Notes: generated from the letters alone by a model not told the origin. 64,000 bases of DNA from an uncultured Pseudomonadota bacterium (GCA_963847705.1 CAWKBC010000017.1:192001-256000), one strand, 5' to 3'. Positions 20,605 to 29,918 are shown, counted from the stretch's first letter. Program-made: numbers and translations.

Positions 20605-20698
20605 AGGCCTGACCAATTAAGGGGCTAAGTGATCGATTTTCTTACGGCGTCGATTTCGTAAGTGATCGATTCCTCGTGATAATTGATCACGCCTCTAG
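20601..20698. repeat. 98-bp imperfect palindrome / MITE-like element flanked by CTAG
   Basis: CTAGAGGCCTGACCAATTA ... TAATTGATCACGCCTCTAG (17/19 inverted match); internal direct repeat TAAGTGATCGATT at 20626 and 20659. Confidence 0.7.
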
Positions 20699-20728
20699 GA
20701 GCGCTCGCTCCGTCTTCGATCGCCTCGG

Positions 20729-21340
20729 TCAGAGCAGCCGGTCGACGGCCGCCGCGATGGCGGCGGCGACGTCGGCGACGCTTCGAGCCGCGTCGAGGAC
20801 CACGGCGCGGGGATCCCCGGCGCAGAGCTCTCGGTAGCGCGCGGCCACCCGGGACTGAACGGCGTCGGCGTCGTAGCGCTCGTCGGGACGTCCGGCGGCG
20901 CGGCGCCGTTCGGCCGCCACCTCCACCGGCAGGTCGAGGAGCAGCGTCAGATCGGGCGCCCGGATGTCGCGCGCCAGACCGGCCACCCAGTCGCGCTCCG
21001 CTTCCTGGGCTTGGTAGGCCAGCGAGGAGAGCAAATAGCGGTCGGAGATGACGTCGGCGCCTGCGGCGAGCGCCGGGGAGATCTCGCGCGCGAGGTGGTC
21101 GCGCCGATCGGCGGCGAACAGCAGCGCCATCGCCAGCCCATCGACCGGCGCGCCCGCCGGCGATTTGTGGCCGCCGAGCAGGATCTCCCGCAACAGGCGG
21201 CCGATGGGGCCGGTGCTCGGCTCGCGCGTGGCGTGCACCTGGCGCCCGCGCCCCTCCAGATGATGCTGGAGCAGGCCGAGCTGCGTCGTGGTGCCCGAGC
21301 CGTCGATCCCTTCGAGCACGATGAACAGGGGTGGGGTCAT
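20729..21340 (-). CDS. tmk: Thymidylate kinase
   Basis: EGIDGSGTTTQ, TREP, LLFAADR, ISDRY..SSLAYQ. Confidence 0.95.
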   Translation of the reverse strand: MTPPLFIVLEGIDGSGTTTQLGLLQHHLEGRGRQVHATREPSTGPIGRLLREILLGGHKSPAGAPVDGLAMALLFAADRRDHLAREISPALAAGADVISDRYLLSSLAYQAQEAERDWVAGLARDIRAPDLTLLLDLPVEVAAERRRAAGRPDERYDADAVQSRVAARYRELCAGDPRAVVLDAARSVADVAAAIAAAVDRLL

Positions 21341-21386
21341 GAGCGCTCTTGAGTAAAACGCCTCATCGATCTACACGGAGAGCAGG

Positions 21387-22856
21387 GTGGCGAAAAGACG
21401 AATCGCTCAACGGCTGGCGCTCGGCGTGTTGCTGACGATCTCGGCGGCGCAGCCGTCGTGCCGTCGATCGCGTGGGCCATCGGCGGCGCCCAACATGTCG
21501 ACGTCCGTCATCGACGCGCGTGACATTCGCTGCGTCGAGCGTCCGGAGGGGTGCATCTGGTGCGAGGGGCGCGGCCCCACGCCGCCGCTGGTGGAGCCCG
21601 ACGCCATCCCGCCCTCGCTCTGCGATCCCAAGGACCCGGGCGATTGCGTCGACTTCTGCTCGCGGCTGACCCCCGAGTGCGCGGTGCCGTGGCGGACGGT
21701 GCCGAGCTGCCTCTACCCGACCGAGCAGGAGTTTCGCCGCGAGCTCTTCCGCCGCGACACGGCCGATCGCCCAGAGGCCTTCGTGCAAGGACGAGTCACC
21801 GACGAGGCCGGCCGGCGGGTGGAGGGGGCGAAGCTCCGCGTCTGGTTTCAGGGGACGGCCATCCTCGACGAGGTCTCGGGCAAGGACGGCAACTTCCGCG
21901 TCCGCCTGCGCGCCGGACCCTGGACCTACTCGGTCCGCGTCAGCCACGCTGGCCTGGCCACGGAGATCGCCGACCTGCACATCGATCGGGCCGGGACCAC
22001 GCTGCGCAACTTTCGTCTGGCGCCCGAGTCCACGATTCACGGCCGCGTGGTCAGCACGGCGGGCGAGCCGATCGGGGGGGTGGCGATCAACGCCGTGCGC
22101 AGCCCGGACGATCTGGTCGACGCCGGCGAGACGCAGAGTCTCCCCGACGGGTCGTTCGTGATCAGCGGCCTCGACGTGAAGCGGTACTTCCTGCGCGCCT
22201 CGAAGTTCGGATGGCTCCCGCAGATGCTCAAGTGGGGGATCACGGCGCCCGCCACCCGGATAGGATTCAAGCTGGTTCGCACCGCCGTCATCGAGGGGCG
22301 CGTCCTCGACGCCGACGGCGAGGGGCAGGCCAACGCCACCGTGGTCGCGCTTCCGTCGGCTGGCCTGGGGAACGCCGGCTCGCCGATCATCTGGGCCGTC
22401 GACGGTGATGGAAAATTCGCGCAGGATCGGTTCGAGCCCGGAACCTACTACCTCTGGGCGCGGCGGGGCGAGATGCTGGTGTTCCCGCCGGACAAGATCG
22501 AGATCAGCGACAGCAACCTCGACGCGCGGATCGAGCTGCGGCTCTCCCACAAGGGCGCGCGCGTTCGCGGGCGGATCATCACGCGCGGCGGGGCGGCGCT
22601 GGATCCCGACACCCGGGCGGTCCTCTTCGGGCAGTCGCCGCTGGCGCTCCCGCGCAAGGCGGTGGGGGAGATCGACCACGACGGCGCCTTCGCGGTCGGC
22701 GCGCTCTTGCCGGGGCGCTACGAGATCTCGGTGCGGGTCGGCACGCGCGTCCTCTCGATCATCAGCGGTCCGCGCGAGGTGGAGATTCCGATCGAGCCAG
22801 GGGCGACCGTCGATCTCCCGGACACCATCGTGGTCCGCCCGCAGGCCGAGGAGTAG
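21387..22856 (+). CDS. Exported protein with Cys-rich N-terminal module and carboxypeptidase-regulatory-like beta-sandwich repeats
   Basis: Repeats GRVTDEAGRRVEGA, GRVVSTAGEPIGG, GRVLDADGEGQANA; N-terminal Cys cluster. Confidence 0.75.
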   Translation: MAKRRIAQRLALGVLLTISAAQPSCRRSRGPSAAPNMSTSVIDARDIRCVERPEGCIWCEGRGPTPPLVEPDAIPPSLCDPKDPGDCVDFCSRLTPECAVPWRTVPSCLYPTEQEFRRELFRRDTADRPEAFVQGRVTDEAGRRVEGAKLRVWFQGTAILDEVSGKDGNFRVRLRAGPWTYSVRVSHAGLATEIADLHIDRAGTTLRNFRLAPESTIHGRVVSTAGEPIGGVAINAVRSPDDLVDAGETQSLPDGSFVISGLDVKRYFLRASKFGWLPQMLKWGITAPATRIGFKLVRTAVIEGRVLDADGEGQANATVVALPSAGLGNAGSPIIWAVDGDGKFAQDRFEPGTYYLWARRGEMLVFPPDKIEISDSNLDARIELRLSHKGARVRGRIITRGGAALDPDTRAVLFGQSPLALPRKAVGEIDHDGAFAVGALLPGRYEISVRVGTRVLSIISGPREVEIPIEPGATVDLPDTIVVRPQAEE

Positions 22857-22865
22857 GCGCCGCGC

Positions 22866-23276
22866 TCAGTGCAGGACGCGCATCCGATTGAGGCAATCGG
22901 CGAGCACGTGGTGGCTCTCGTTCTCGAACGAGGTGAAGCGGACCGCCATTCCAGCGACCGCCCGGCTGGTGCCGCCCTGGGTGTAGTTGATGAAGTAGTG
23001 GTTCTTGACCTCACCGGTCGCCACCACCTCGCCCGTCCCCTCGGGCGTGAGGAAGCAGACGCGGACCGAGGCGCCGAGCGGAAGCGGATCGGGCAGCTCG
23101 AGAAAGATGCCGCCGGCCGAGACGTTGCGCGCGATGCAGTAGGTCTCGCCGAACAGCAGCGACTCGACCCGCACCGTGAACATCTTGTCGAAGCGCAGGT
23201 GCGCGCGCTGATCGGTCAGCGACTCGTCGGACGGGGCAGTGGTGCGCTCTCCGGAGGTGGAATCGATGATCGACAT
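22866..23276 (-). CDS. PilZ domain protein (c-di-GMP receptor)
   Basis: RxxxR (RAHLR) and NxSxxG (NVSAGG). Confidence 0.88.
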   Translation of the reverse strand: MSIIDSTSGERTTAPSDESLTDQRAHLRFDKMFTVRVESLLFGETYCIARNVSAGGIFLELPDPLPLGASVRVCFLTPEGTGEVVATGEVKNHYFINYTQGGTSRAVAGMAVRFTSFENESHHVLADCLNRMRVLH

Positions 23277-23547
23277 GTCATGAGCTTACATTGTCGTCAA
23301 ATGAAGTCAAAAAACATACATGTAGGATAAATGCTGCGGCATGTCGCGTTCGCAAAAATATTGCTCCGGCGAGTTGGGATCCGGCGGTCGTCTGTCGATG
23401 CCCGTAGCGCTTGTGTCGCCGCCGCGCAGCCAGCGACGATCGTCCGCAATCTTTTGCGTGCGCTCCGAACTCTGACGTCAGGTCTCGCAGCGTCGCGATG
23501 GCTCTAAATCCGACGCTGCTTTATGATGACCGGGGGCTCTAGCCGAG

Positions 23548-24744
23548 ATGCTCGCCGACGAGAGGACCACCCACCGCAACGAGCTTCCGCTGCCGAGCGA
23601 AGCCGAAGGGTTGATCGTCGCGCCGGATCGCACGATTGCCCGCCCGCTCGTCGGTTTCCTGCGCGCCCAGGGGCTGAGCGTCCGGACCGCGGAGGACGCC
23701 GACAGCGGGTTCGAGGAGGCGCTGCTGCATCCGCCCGACGTGGTCCTGGTCGACGATCGGGTGCGTCCCACGGGGGCGGTCGATCTCGTCGCCCGCCTCA
23801 AGGACAACGTGCGCACGCACTTCGTGCCGGTGATCGTCTGCGCGCTCAACGATCTGCGGAGCTTTCGGGTGCGGGCCCTGGCGGTGGGGGCCGATGCGGT
23901 GTTCGCGCCGTCGACCGACGCCCAGGAGCGCCGCGCCCGCCTCTGGGCGCTGTTGCGGACGCGCGCGCTGCACCGGCGCTCCGAGCGGAGCCAGCGCAGC
24001 CAGCAGACGGAGATCGTCGAGCGCCGGCACTGGCTGTCGCACTTTCTCCACGATCTGACCGGGCAGGTGGCCGCGCTGGCGGCGAACGTCGACTACCTCG
24101 CCAAGTTTGCTCCGCCTGGCGATGACCCGCGGCGGCGCGATTTCGACGAGAGCGTCTCCGACGCCGAGGGGGTGTTCGAGCGGCTCAAGGCGACGATGCG
24201 GACCGTGATCGACTACGACCGCTTCGAGACCGGCCAGCTGGTGCCGCGCGAGGCGCGGATGTTTCTGGGCGAGACGGCGGCCGAGGTGGCGCTCGAGCTG
24301 CGCCGTCACGCGCTGCTCGCCGAAAAGGGGTTCACCCTGATCCGTCCCGAGCAGGAGCGGGCGCTCTACGGCGACCGTGAGCTGCTCGCGGCGGCGATGC
24401 TGAACCTCGGCATGGGGGCGCTCCGCCGCGTCCCGGCCCGCGGAACGCTCTCGATCGAGGTCGGGACGACCGACAGCGGCGTCCGGTTTCGGGCGGTGGC
24501 GCCCGGCCTGCCCCTGGCTGCGGCCGAGCGGTCGCGGATCTTCGAGCCCTACGGCAGGCGCGCCAACGGGTCGGCGACCTACGGGCTGGGGCTGGCGCTG
24601 GCGCACGCGGTGATCGAGCTGCACGAAGGGAAGATCTGGACCGAGGAGGTCGAGGGGGGCAAGGGGTGCGCCTTCGTGTTCGAGCTCGGCTGGCAGCGCA
24701 GCGGCCCGCGCCCCAAGCGCGGCCCGGTCCCGGAGCGTCGATGA
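23548..24744 (+). CDS. Hybrid receiver / histidine kinase-like protein
   Basis: Receiver PPDVVLVD, HisKA LHDL, F box RIFEPY, G2 box GLGLA; N and G1 boxes degenerate. Confidence 0.82.
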   Translation: MLADERTTHRNELPLPSEAEGLIVAPDRTIARPLVGFLRAQGLSVRTAEDADSGFEEALLHPPDVVLVDDRVRPTGAVDLVARLKDNVRTHFVPVIVCALNDLRSFRVRALAVGADAVFAPSTDAQERRARLWALLRTRALHRRSERSQRSQQTEIVERRHWLSHFLHDLTGQVAALAANVDYLAKFAPPGDDPRRRDFDESVSDAEGVFERLKATMRTVIDYDRFETGQLVPREARMFLGETAAEVALELRRHALLAEKGFTLIRPEQERALYGDRELLAAAMLNLGMGALRRVPARGTLSIEVGTTDSGVRFRAVAPGLPLAAAERSRIFEPYGRRANGSATYGLGLALAHAVIELHEGKIWTEEVEGGKGCAFVFELGWQRSGPRPKRGPVPERR

Positions 24745-24757
24745 GGGGCAGCAGTCG

Positions 24758-25573
24758 GTGACGGGCAGACAATCCCTCCGGGCGCTCGTCAGCGCCGCCG
24801 CGCTCGCTCTCTTGCTGATGATCGCTGGCCGCGCCCGGGCGGGCGTGAGCGTCGAGGATCTCTGCCGGGCGGTGGTCGAGGATCCCAGCTACAAAGTGCG
24901 GGTCAGCGCGGCGCTGACGCTGGGCAAGGTCGGCGGCTCCGCGGCCGTGCCCTCCCTCATCAAGGCGCTCTCCGACCAGAACAACTCCGTGCGTGGCATC
25001 GCCGCGCAGTCGCTGGGCAAGATAGGGGAGGGCTCCGCCTCCGATCCGCTGCGCGAGCTGTTGCGCCGGGAGAGCGACGCCTTCGTCAAGTCGCAGGCCA
25101 CCGCCGCCCTGGCGCTGCTCTCGGGCGGAGGCGCCAACAAGCGCGCCAAGATCTACCTGGTGTTCGGGCCGTTCACCGGGGGCGTCAAGTCGGCGGGGCC
25201 TGACGCCTCGAAGATCATCGCCGACGCGCTCGCTCAACAACTGGGCAAGCTGCCGTCGGTGACGCTGTCACTGAGCGCCACCGATCAGCACAACTTCGCC
25301 AAGACGGGGATGCTCGGGTTCTTCATCGACGGCAACATCACCCGCCTCGAGGACATCGTCGGGGGCGGAGCGACGGAGACGAACTGCGACGTCAAGGTGA
25401 TGGTGGCGCGGTGGCCGACGAAGAGCATCATCAGCTGGACCAACGCGGGCGCCAGCCTGCAGTCGGGCTCGCGGCCACGCGACAAGGAGAGCGCGCGGCG
25501 TGACTGTCTGGAGGCGTCGGCGGGCCAGCTGGCCGACGACCTGGGACATTTCTTCAAGTCGCAAGGCGGATAG
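24758..25573 (+). CDS. Exported HEAT-repeat protein
   Basis: Signal peptide; DPSYKVRVSAALTLG, VRGIAAQSLGKIG. Confidence 0.8.
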   Translation: MTGRQSLRALVSAAALALLLMIAGRARAGVSVEDLCRAVVEDPSYKVRVSAALTLGKVGGSAAVPSLIKALSDQNNSVRGIAAQSLGKIGEGSASDPLRELLRRESDAFVKSQATAALALLSGGGANKRAKIYLVFGPFTGGVKSAGPDASKIIADALAQQLGKLPSVTLSLSATDQHNFAKTGMLGFFIDGNITRLEDIVGGGATETNCDVKVMVARWPTKSIISWTNAGASLQSGSRPRDKESARRDCLEASAGQLADDLGHFFKSQGG

Positions 25574-25625
25574 ATAGAATGCAGCACCATCAGAAAAAGA
25601 AGCATATGTGGATCGGGAGGGTGTC

Positions 25626-26276
25626 ATGACCACGAGTGAAGCAGCAGGGGCGCAGCCGCCTGTGTACAAGCGCAAGATGCGGAACTACCTGCTCGACGCC
25701 GGGCTGCAGCTCCGCTACACGGCCACCATCGTTGTCGTCGCGATCTTCCTGACCGCCGGTCTGGGCTTCAAGATGTACCAGGCGACGCGGGAGATCTCGC
25801 GCATCATCCTGTACACCGGCCTGGCCGATCCGGCGACGGCGCAGGAGCTGCAGGGTCAGTTCGCCAACAGCGATCGGATCGTCCTGTGGGGGATCATCGG
25901 GTTCGGGATCGTGCTGGTGCTGTCGATCAGCGCGGTCGGCATCCTCATCACCCACAAGGTGGTCGGGCCGCTCTACAAGATCTCCAGCCTGTTCGGGCGC
26001 GTGCGGGACAACCGGATGAATCCGGCGCCGGCGGGGCTGCGCAAGGGGGACGAGCTGCAGGACTTCTACACGTCGTTCCGGGAGATGCACGAGGCGGTGC
26101 GCGAGCGGGTGATCAGCGACGTCCAGATCGTGGGTGGCGCGGTGGCGGCCATCGAAGCGAGCGGGGCGGCCAGCACGCCGGCGGTGCAGCGTGCGCTCGA
26201 CGAGCTTCGCCAGCTGAAGAAGCGCAAGGAAGACAGCCTGGAAGGTCCCGCCACCGGCGAGCCGCGCGCGACGTAA
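25626..26276 (+). CDS. Two-TM membrane protein with HAMP-like region
   Basis: NYLLDAGLQLRY, ITHKVVGPLY, LRKGDELQDF; GGAGG RBS upstream. Confidence 0.75.
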   Translation: MTTSEAAGAQPPVYKRKMRNYLLDAGLQLRYTATIVVVAIFLTAGLGFKMYQATREISRIILYTGLADPATAQELQGQFANSDRIVLWGIIGFGIVLVLSISAVGILITHKVVGPLYKISSLFGRVRDNRMNPAPAGLRKGDELQDFYTSFREMHEAVRERVISDVQIVGGAVAAIEASGAASTPAVQRALDELRQLKKRKEDSLEGPATGEPRAT

Positions 26277-26376
26277 CTGGCGTGGGCAACACGGCGATCT
26301 GGCGCGTCGCCTGAGCCGGCGCGAGCGCATCGCGGGCGGCGCGAGGCCCCTTTGAGGGTCCCGAATTGACCGCCCG

Positions 26377-26865
26377 CTAGCTGTTCTGGCGGCGGGACTG
26401 GGCGGCGCTGACCAGACAGAGGCCGTGGAGGAACAGGCCCGGCAGGAAGCAGCAGGCGTAACCCATCAGCGTGGTCGCCATCCAGGCCACGCCCGCGCCG
26501 GCGCGTCCGGAGTAGATGTGTCCGGCGCCCGGAATCAGCATGGAGAGCATGACCGCCGTGACCGGGCTCGGGCGCGGCCGCAGCGTCAGGAAGAACGAAT
26601 CACCGGTCGAGATGGGGGGCGGTCCGAGCGACGTGTCGCCGCCGACGCGCGCGGCGATTGGCTTGCGTCCCGGATAGACGTACTCGACGACACCGGCGGT
26701 GTTGGTCCGCACGTTCAGCGTGCCGTGCTCGACCATGCGCGCGAGGTGCTTCTCCGCGGTCCGCACCGAGGTTCGACCCAGGTAGGCGACGTGGGCCGCC
26801 GTGACCGGGACATCGGTCTCAAACAGCACCTTCAGAACCAGCTGTTCGAACTCGTCGAAGTCCAT
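26377..26865 (-). CDS. Hypothetical protein, HTH-like N-terminus and TM2-like C-terminus
   Basis: C-terminal LSMLIPGAGHIYSGR..AG hydrophobic motif. Confidence 0.65.
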   Translation of the reverse strand: MDFDEFEQLVLKVLFETDVPVTAAHVAYLGRTSVRTAEKHLARMVEHGTLNVRTNTAGVVEYVYPGRKPIAARVGGDTSLGPPPISTGDSFFLTLRPRPSPVTAVMLSMLIPGAGHIYSGRAGAGVAWMATTLMGYACCFLPGLFLHGLCLVSAAQSRRQNS

Positions 26866-27142
26866 CGGTTCCTGCTCTAGGGTAGCACAAGGCTCCCGCG
26901 GGAAGCACGCACCACTTTTCGGCGAACCTCACCCGACGCTGCCGTTGTTTCCAGATGAAGGAGCGCGGGGATGCTGCCTTTTTTGCGAACTTCGGACTAC
27001 GGCCGTCGTTGCTTTCTGACGAAGAAGCGAAAACGTCGCCGTCGGTGACGGGGTGACAGCGTCCACGGTCGAGCTGTATCGTCGAGCCCCGGACGGGTGC
27101 ACCGACCTTCCACCAAACCTCAAACAGAAAGAAGAAACGCAC

Positions 27143-28468
27143 GTGAACATTCAGAGACTGACTTCCTGGGGATCGATCGCGTTGATGGTCGCGGCCATCG
27201 GATGCGGGAGCAGCAGCAGCAGCAAGAGTGGCACCGGCGGCAGCGGAACGGGCGGCAGCGCGACGGGCGGCACCGGCGGCACCGGCACGGGTGGCAGCGG
27301 AACGGGCGGCACCGGCACCGGTGGCTCCAACGGAACAGGGGGCTCGGGGGTGCAGTCGACCGAGTTCTCCTTCTCCGTGAACCCCACCGCGTTGATGCTT
27401 CCCCTCGGTGGAATGCAGGCCCTCACCGTCACGATCAATCGAGACGTGGGGAGCACGACGTTCACGGGACCGCTGACGTTCGAGCTCGATCTCCCGAGCA
27501 CCATCACGGGAAGTGGGGTCACCGCGACCTTCGCGCCGAATCCGGCCACCGCGGGCTCGACCACGCTCACCGTCAACGTCGGGACGACCGGCATCGCCAC
27601 CGGAAGTTATTCGCTGAACGTCGTGGCGACCTCAGGGACCGGAGCTGCGGCCACGCAGTTCACGGTCGCGTTGCCTCTCAAGGTGACCTCGGCGGCGAGC
27701 ACGCTGCTGGTCGACAACGACGCCAGCCCCAACAACAGCGACCCCACGAACACCACCGCCACGGCGTCCACGTCGGACACACTCTTTACCACCTTGTTGA
27801 CCAACGAAAGCATCGCCTATCAACCGTTCATCGTTCCGAGCGGAGCGCCGACGACCTCGCCGACGACGGCAGACCTCAAGAACTACTCGACGATCGTCTG
27901 GTATACCGGCGCCAACTACGGGGGGGACGATCCGACGCTGTCCGACGTCCAGGAGGCCATCCTGGCCGACTGGCTCGACCAGGGCGGTCACACGCTGCTC
28001 ATGTTCTCGGAGGATCTCGTCTATGACCGCAAGATGGGCGACTGGGACACCACGGCGGAGACGGACGACTTCCTCGCCAACTACATTGGCGCGATGGGCG
28101 ACGCCGACGACGGCGACCTCAACCACGTGACCTACACGGCGAGCGGTGTGGCCGGGACGGCCTTCGCGAGCGAGTCGTTCAAGGTCGTCAAGGACTCGCC
28201 GATCCCCAGCACCGGCGACATCATCAATCCCACGACCGGAGCCAATCCGCCGGTGAAGCTCGTCACCGTCATGAGCGATCCCGACGGCACCGGAACACCG
28301 ATCGCGACGGCGATCGCTGTCGGTCGCAAGAATGTCGGCGCCGCCGGAACGTCGACGATCGTCTACGTCGGGATGCCGATCGAGGACATCCTCATGACGA
28401 CGGGGAACAACTCCGCCGCCGACTTCTTCCACGCGACGCTCGTCTACGCCGGCCTGAAGACCCAGTAG
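27143..28468 (+). CDS. Lipoprotein with Gly/Thr/Ser linker and Thr-rich extracellular domains
   Basis: Lipobox AIGC, GTGG repeats, IVWYTG motif. Confidence 0.8.
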   Translation: MNIQRLTSWGSIALMVAAIGCGSSSSSKSGTGGSGTGGSATGGTGGTGTGGSGTGGTGTGGSNGTGGSGVQSTEFSFSVNPTALMLPLGGMQALTVTINRDVGSTTFTGPLTFELDLPSTITGSGVTATFAPNPATAGSTTLTVNVGTTGIATGSYSLNVVATSGTGAAATQFTVALPLKVTSAASTLLVDNDASPNNSDPTNTTATASTSDTLFTTLLTNESIAYQPFIVPSGAPTTSPTTADLKNYSTIVWYTGANYGGDDPTLSDVQEAILADWLDQGGHTLLMFSEDLVYDRKMGDWDTTAETDDFLANYIGAMGDADDGDLNHVTYTASGVAGTAFASESFKVVKDSPIPSTGDIINPTTGANPPVKLVTVMSDPDGTGTPIATAIAVGRKNVGAAGTSTIVYVGMPIEDILMTTGNNSAADFFHATLVYAGLKTQ

Positions 28469-28492
28469 CGAACGCGCCAGCACGGCAACCGT

Positions 28493-28529
28493 GAGCCCTC
28501 CACGCCGATGTCGGTGTGGAGGGCTCTTT
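28493..28529 (+). terminator. Intrinsic terminator-like hairpin
   Basis: GAGCCCTCCACGCCGA-TG-TCGGTGTGGAGGGCTC followed by TTT, 24 nt after the stop. Confidence 0.7.
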
Positions 28530-28721
28530 GGAACCCTCTCGGCCAAAGGGGCTCATGGGAGTCTGTTCAAGACTGGGTGTAGGTTCAGTATATGTACCGA
28601 AACGGTTCCTGCAATGCCGGTGACCGTCGGACAGCTCTGGAGGGGGGCTTACGCGTGTTAATAGTTTCCTTGTATGTCGACGTTCATCAAGTGATGACAT
28701 CTTCTTTAAGGAGCTAAAGCG

Positions 28722-29801
28722 ATGTACACGTACCCCTTCACCCCCGCAGAAGAATGGGAAGATCGCGGAGTCCAGTTTGTCAATTTCGGCGTTCCCCAGG
28801 CCACGGTCGACACCCTGAAGAGCAAAATCACCGATATGTGGATCGAGGGCGCCGGCGGCTGGGTTTACGAGTGGTCCGCCATCGCGGCCGACTACGCGGC
28901 CAAGAGCGATCACACGATGGCGTCCCTCGTCTACGGCTTTGCGAAGTTCCCCACCGTCTGCGACCAGCAGCGAGTCGTCGCGCTGCAGAAACAGGTCGAC
29001 GAGTTCATCAAAGCAGCACCGACGTTTCCTGTCCACTTCGAGCGCCGGACGATGACGTTGCCCTACGCCGGCTCGACCGTGGACTTCCCGGTTCACATCT
29101 ATTCCGCCGACGCGAATTATGCCGAACGACCCGTGATGCTCATGAGTGGCGGGGTTGACACGTTCAAGATCGAGTTTCACCAGTCGTACATCGCGGCTGT
29201 GCAGCAGCTCGGCGCAACGGTCGTCGCCTTCGATATGCCCGGCACGGCCGAGATGCGCCATGTTCCGCTCACCGGCGCCGCCGACGAAGTTGTCCTTGGC
29301 CTCGTCAAAGAAGCCCGCAAGCTCGGCAACGGCATCGTGGGCTATCATGCGTTCTCGTTCGGCGGCAATTTCTCGGCCCTCGTTGGGCTGACCGGAGTGG
29401 TCGATATGTGTGTCGATAACAGTGGGCCAGTCAACGGTGCATTCACGGCCGAACATATTTCGAAAGTTCCATTCGGCATGGGCGATATTGTCGGCAACGC
29501 AATGGGCTTCACGTACAAGCCTTCCGTCGAAGAACTGGTCCAGGTCGCACAAACGCTTTCGCGAGCGAAGCTCTTCGATCTGAAAAAGAACTCCCCGATG
29601 TACGTCATCAACGGTGCCGACGACTATTTTGTGCCCGTCGAAGACTCGACGATCTTTCAAAGCCTGCCGAACACCGAAGTCCACATCATCCCTGGAACAG
29701 GACACTGCTGTATCTCGAAGCTCAGCGAAATCTACCCGATGATGTACGGTTGGTTGCGATCGCAGCTCGATGCTAAGACGGCGGAAGAAAAGAGCGCGTG
29801 A
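28722..29801 (+). CDS. Alpha/beta hydrolase (FrsA-like esterase)
   Basis: TAAGGAG RBS; GGVDTFK, FDMPGT, nucleophile FSFGG, NGADD, GH; visibly lower GC than flanks. Confidence 0.85.
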   Translation: MYTYPFTPAEEWEDRGVQFVNFGVPQATVDTLKSKITDMWIEGAGGWVYEWSAIAADYAAKSDHTMASLVYGFAKFPTVCDQQRVVALQKQVDEFIKAAPTFPVHFERRTMTLPYAGSTVDFPVHIYSADANYAERPVMLMSGGVDTFKIEFHQSYIAAVQQLGATVVAFDMPGTAEMRHVPLTGAADEVVLGLVKEARKLGNGIVGYHAFSFGGNFSALVGLTGVVDMCVDNSGPVNGAFTAEHISKVPFGMGDIVGNAMGFTYKPSVEELVQVAQTLSRAKLFDLKKNSPMYVINGADDYFVPVEDSTIFQSLPNTEVHIIPGTGHCCISKLSEIYPMMYGWLRSQLDAKTAEEKSA

Positions 29802-29885
29802 CGAGTCAGCTTATCGGCCCGGCGCACCGTGCGAGGGGATAAGCAGAACAAGCTGAGCCTGCCCCGGTTCAGTTCCGTGGCGAGA

Positions 29886-29913
29886 AGTTAACAGAATATT
29901 TCTTATCGGACAT
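29886..29913 (-). other. dif-like XerC/XerD recombination site
   Basis: Minus strand ATGTCCGATAA-GAAATA-TTCTGTTAACT, 11-6-11 layout; XerD arm 9/11 to TTATGTTAAAT; XerC arm ends in ATAA. Confidence 0.75.
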
Positions 29914-29918
29914 TCGTC

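Noticed and set aside
23290-23335. AT-rich stretch with a TACATGTA palindrome as a second dif site
   Set aside because: Does not fit the 11-6-11 XerC/XerD layout; more likely part of the divergent promoter.
27230-27350. GGCACCGGCGGC-type repeats as a CRISPR array or non-coding repeat
   Set aside because: They encode the GTGG linker of a lipoprotein and have no unique spacers. No CRISPR array or cas gene was seen in the window.
28600-28640. TCGGACA as the XerC arm of a partner dif site
   Set aside because: No XerD-like arm at the required spacing and the TTAT core is missing.
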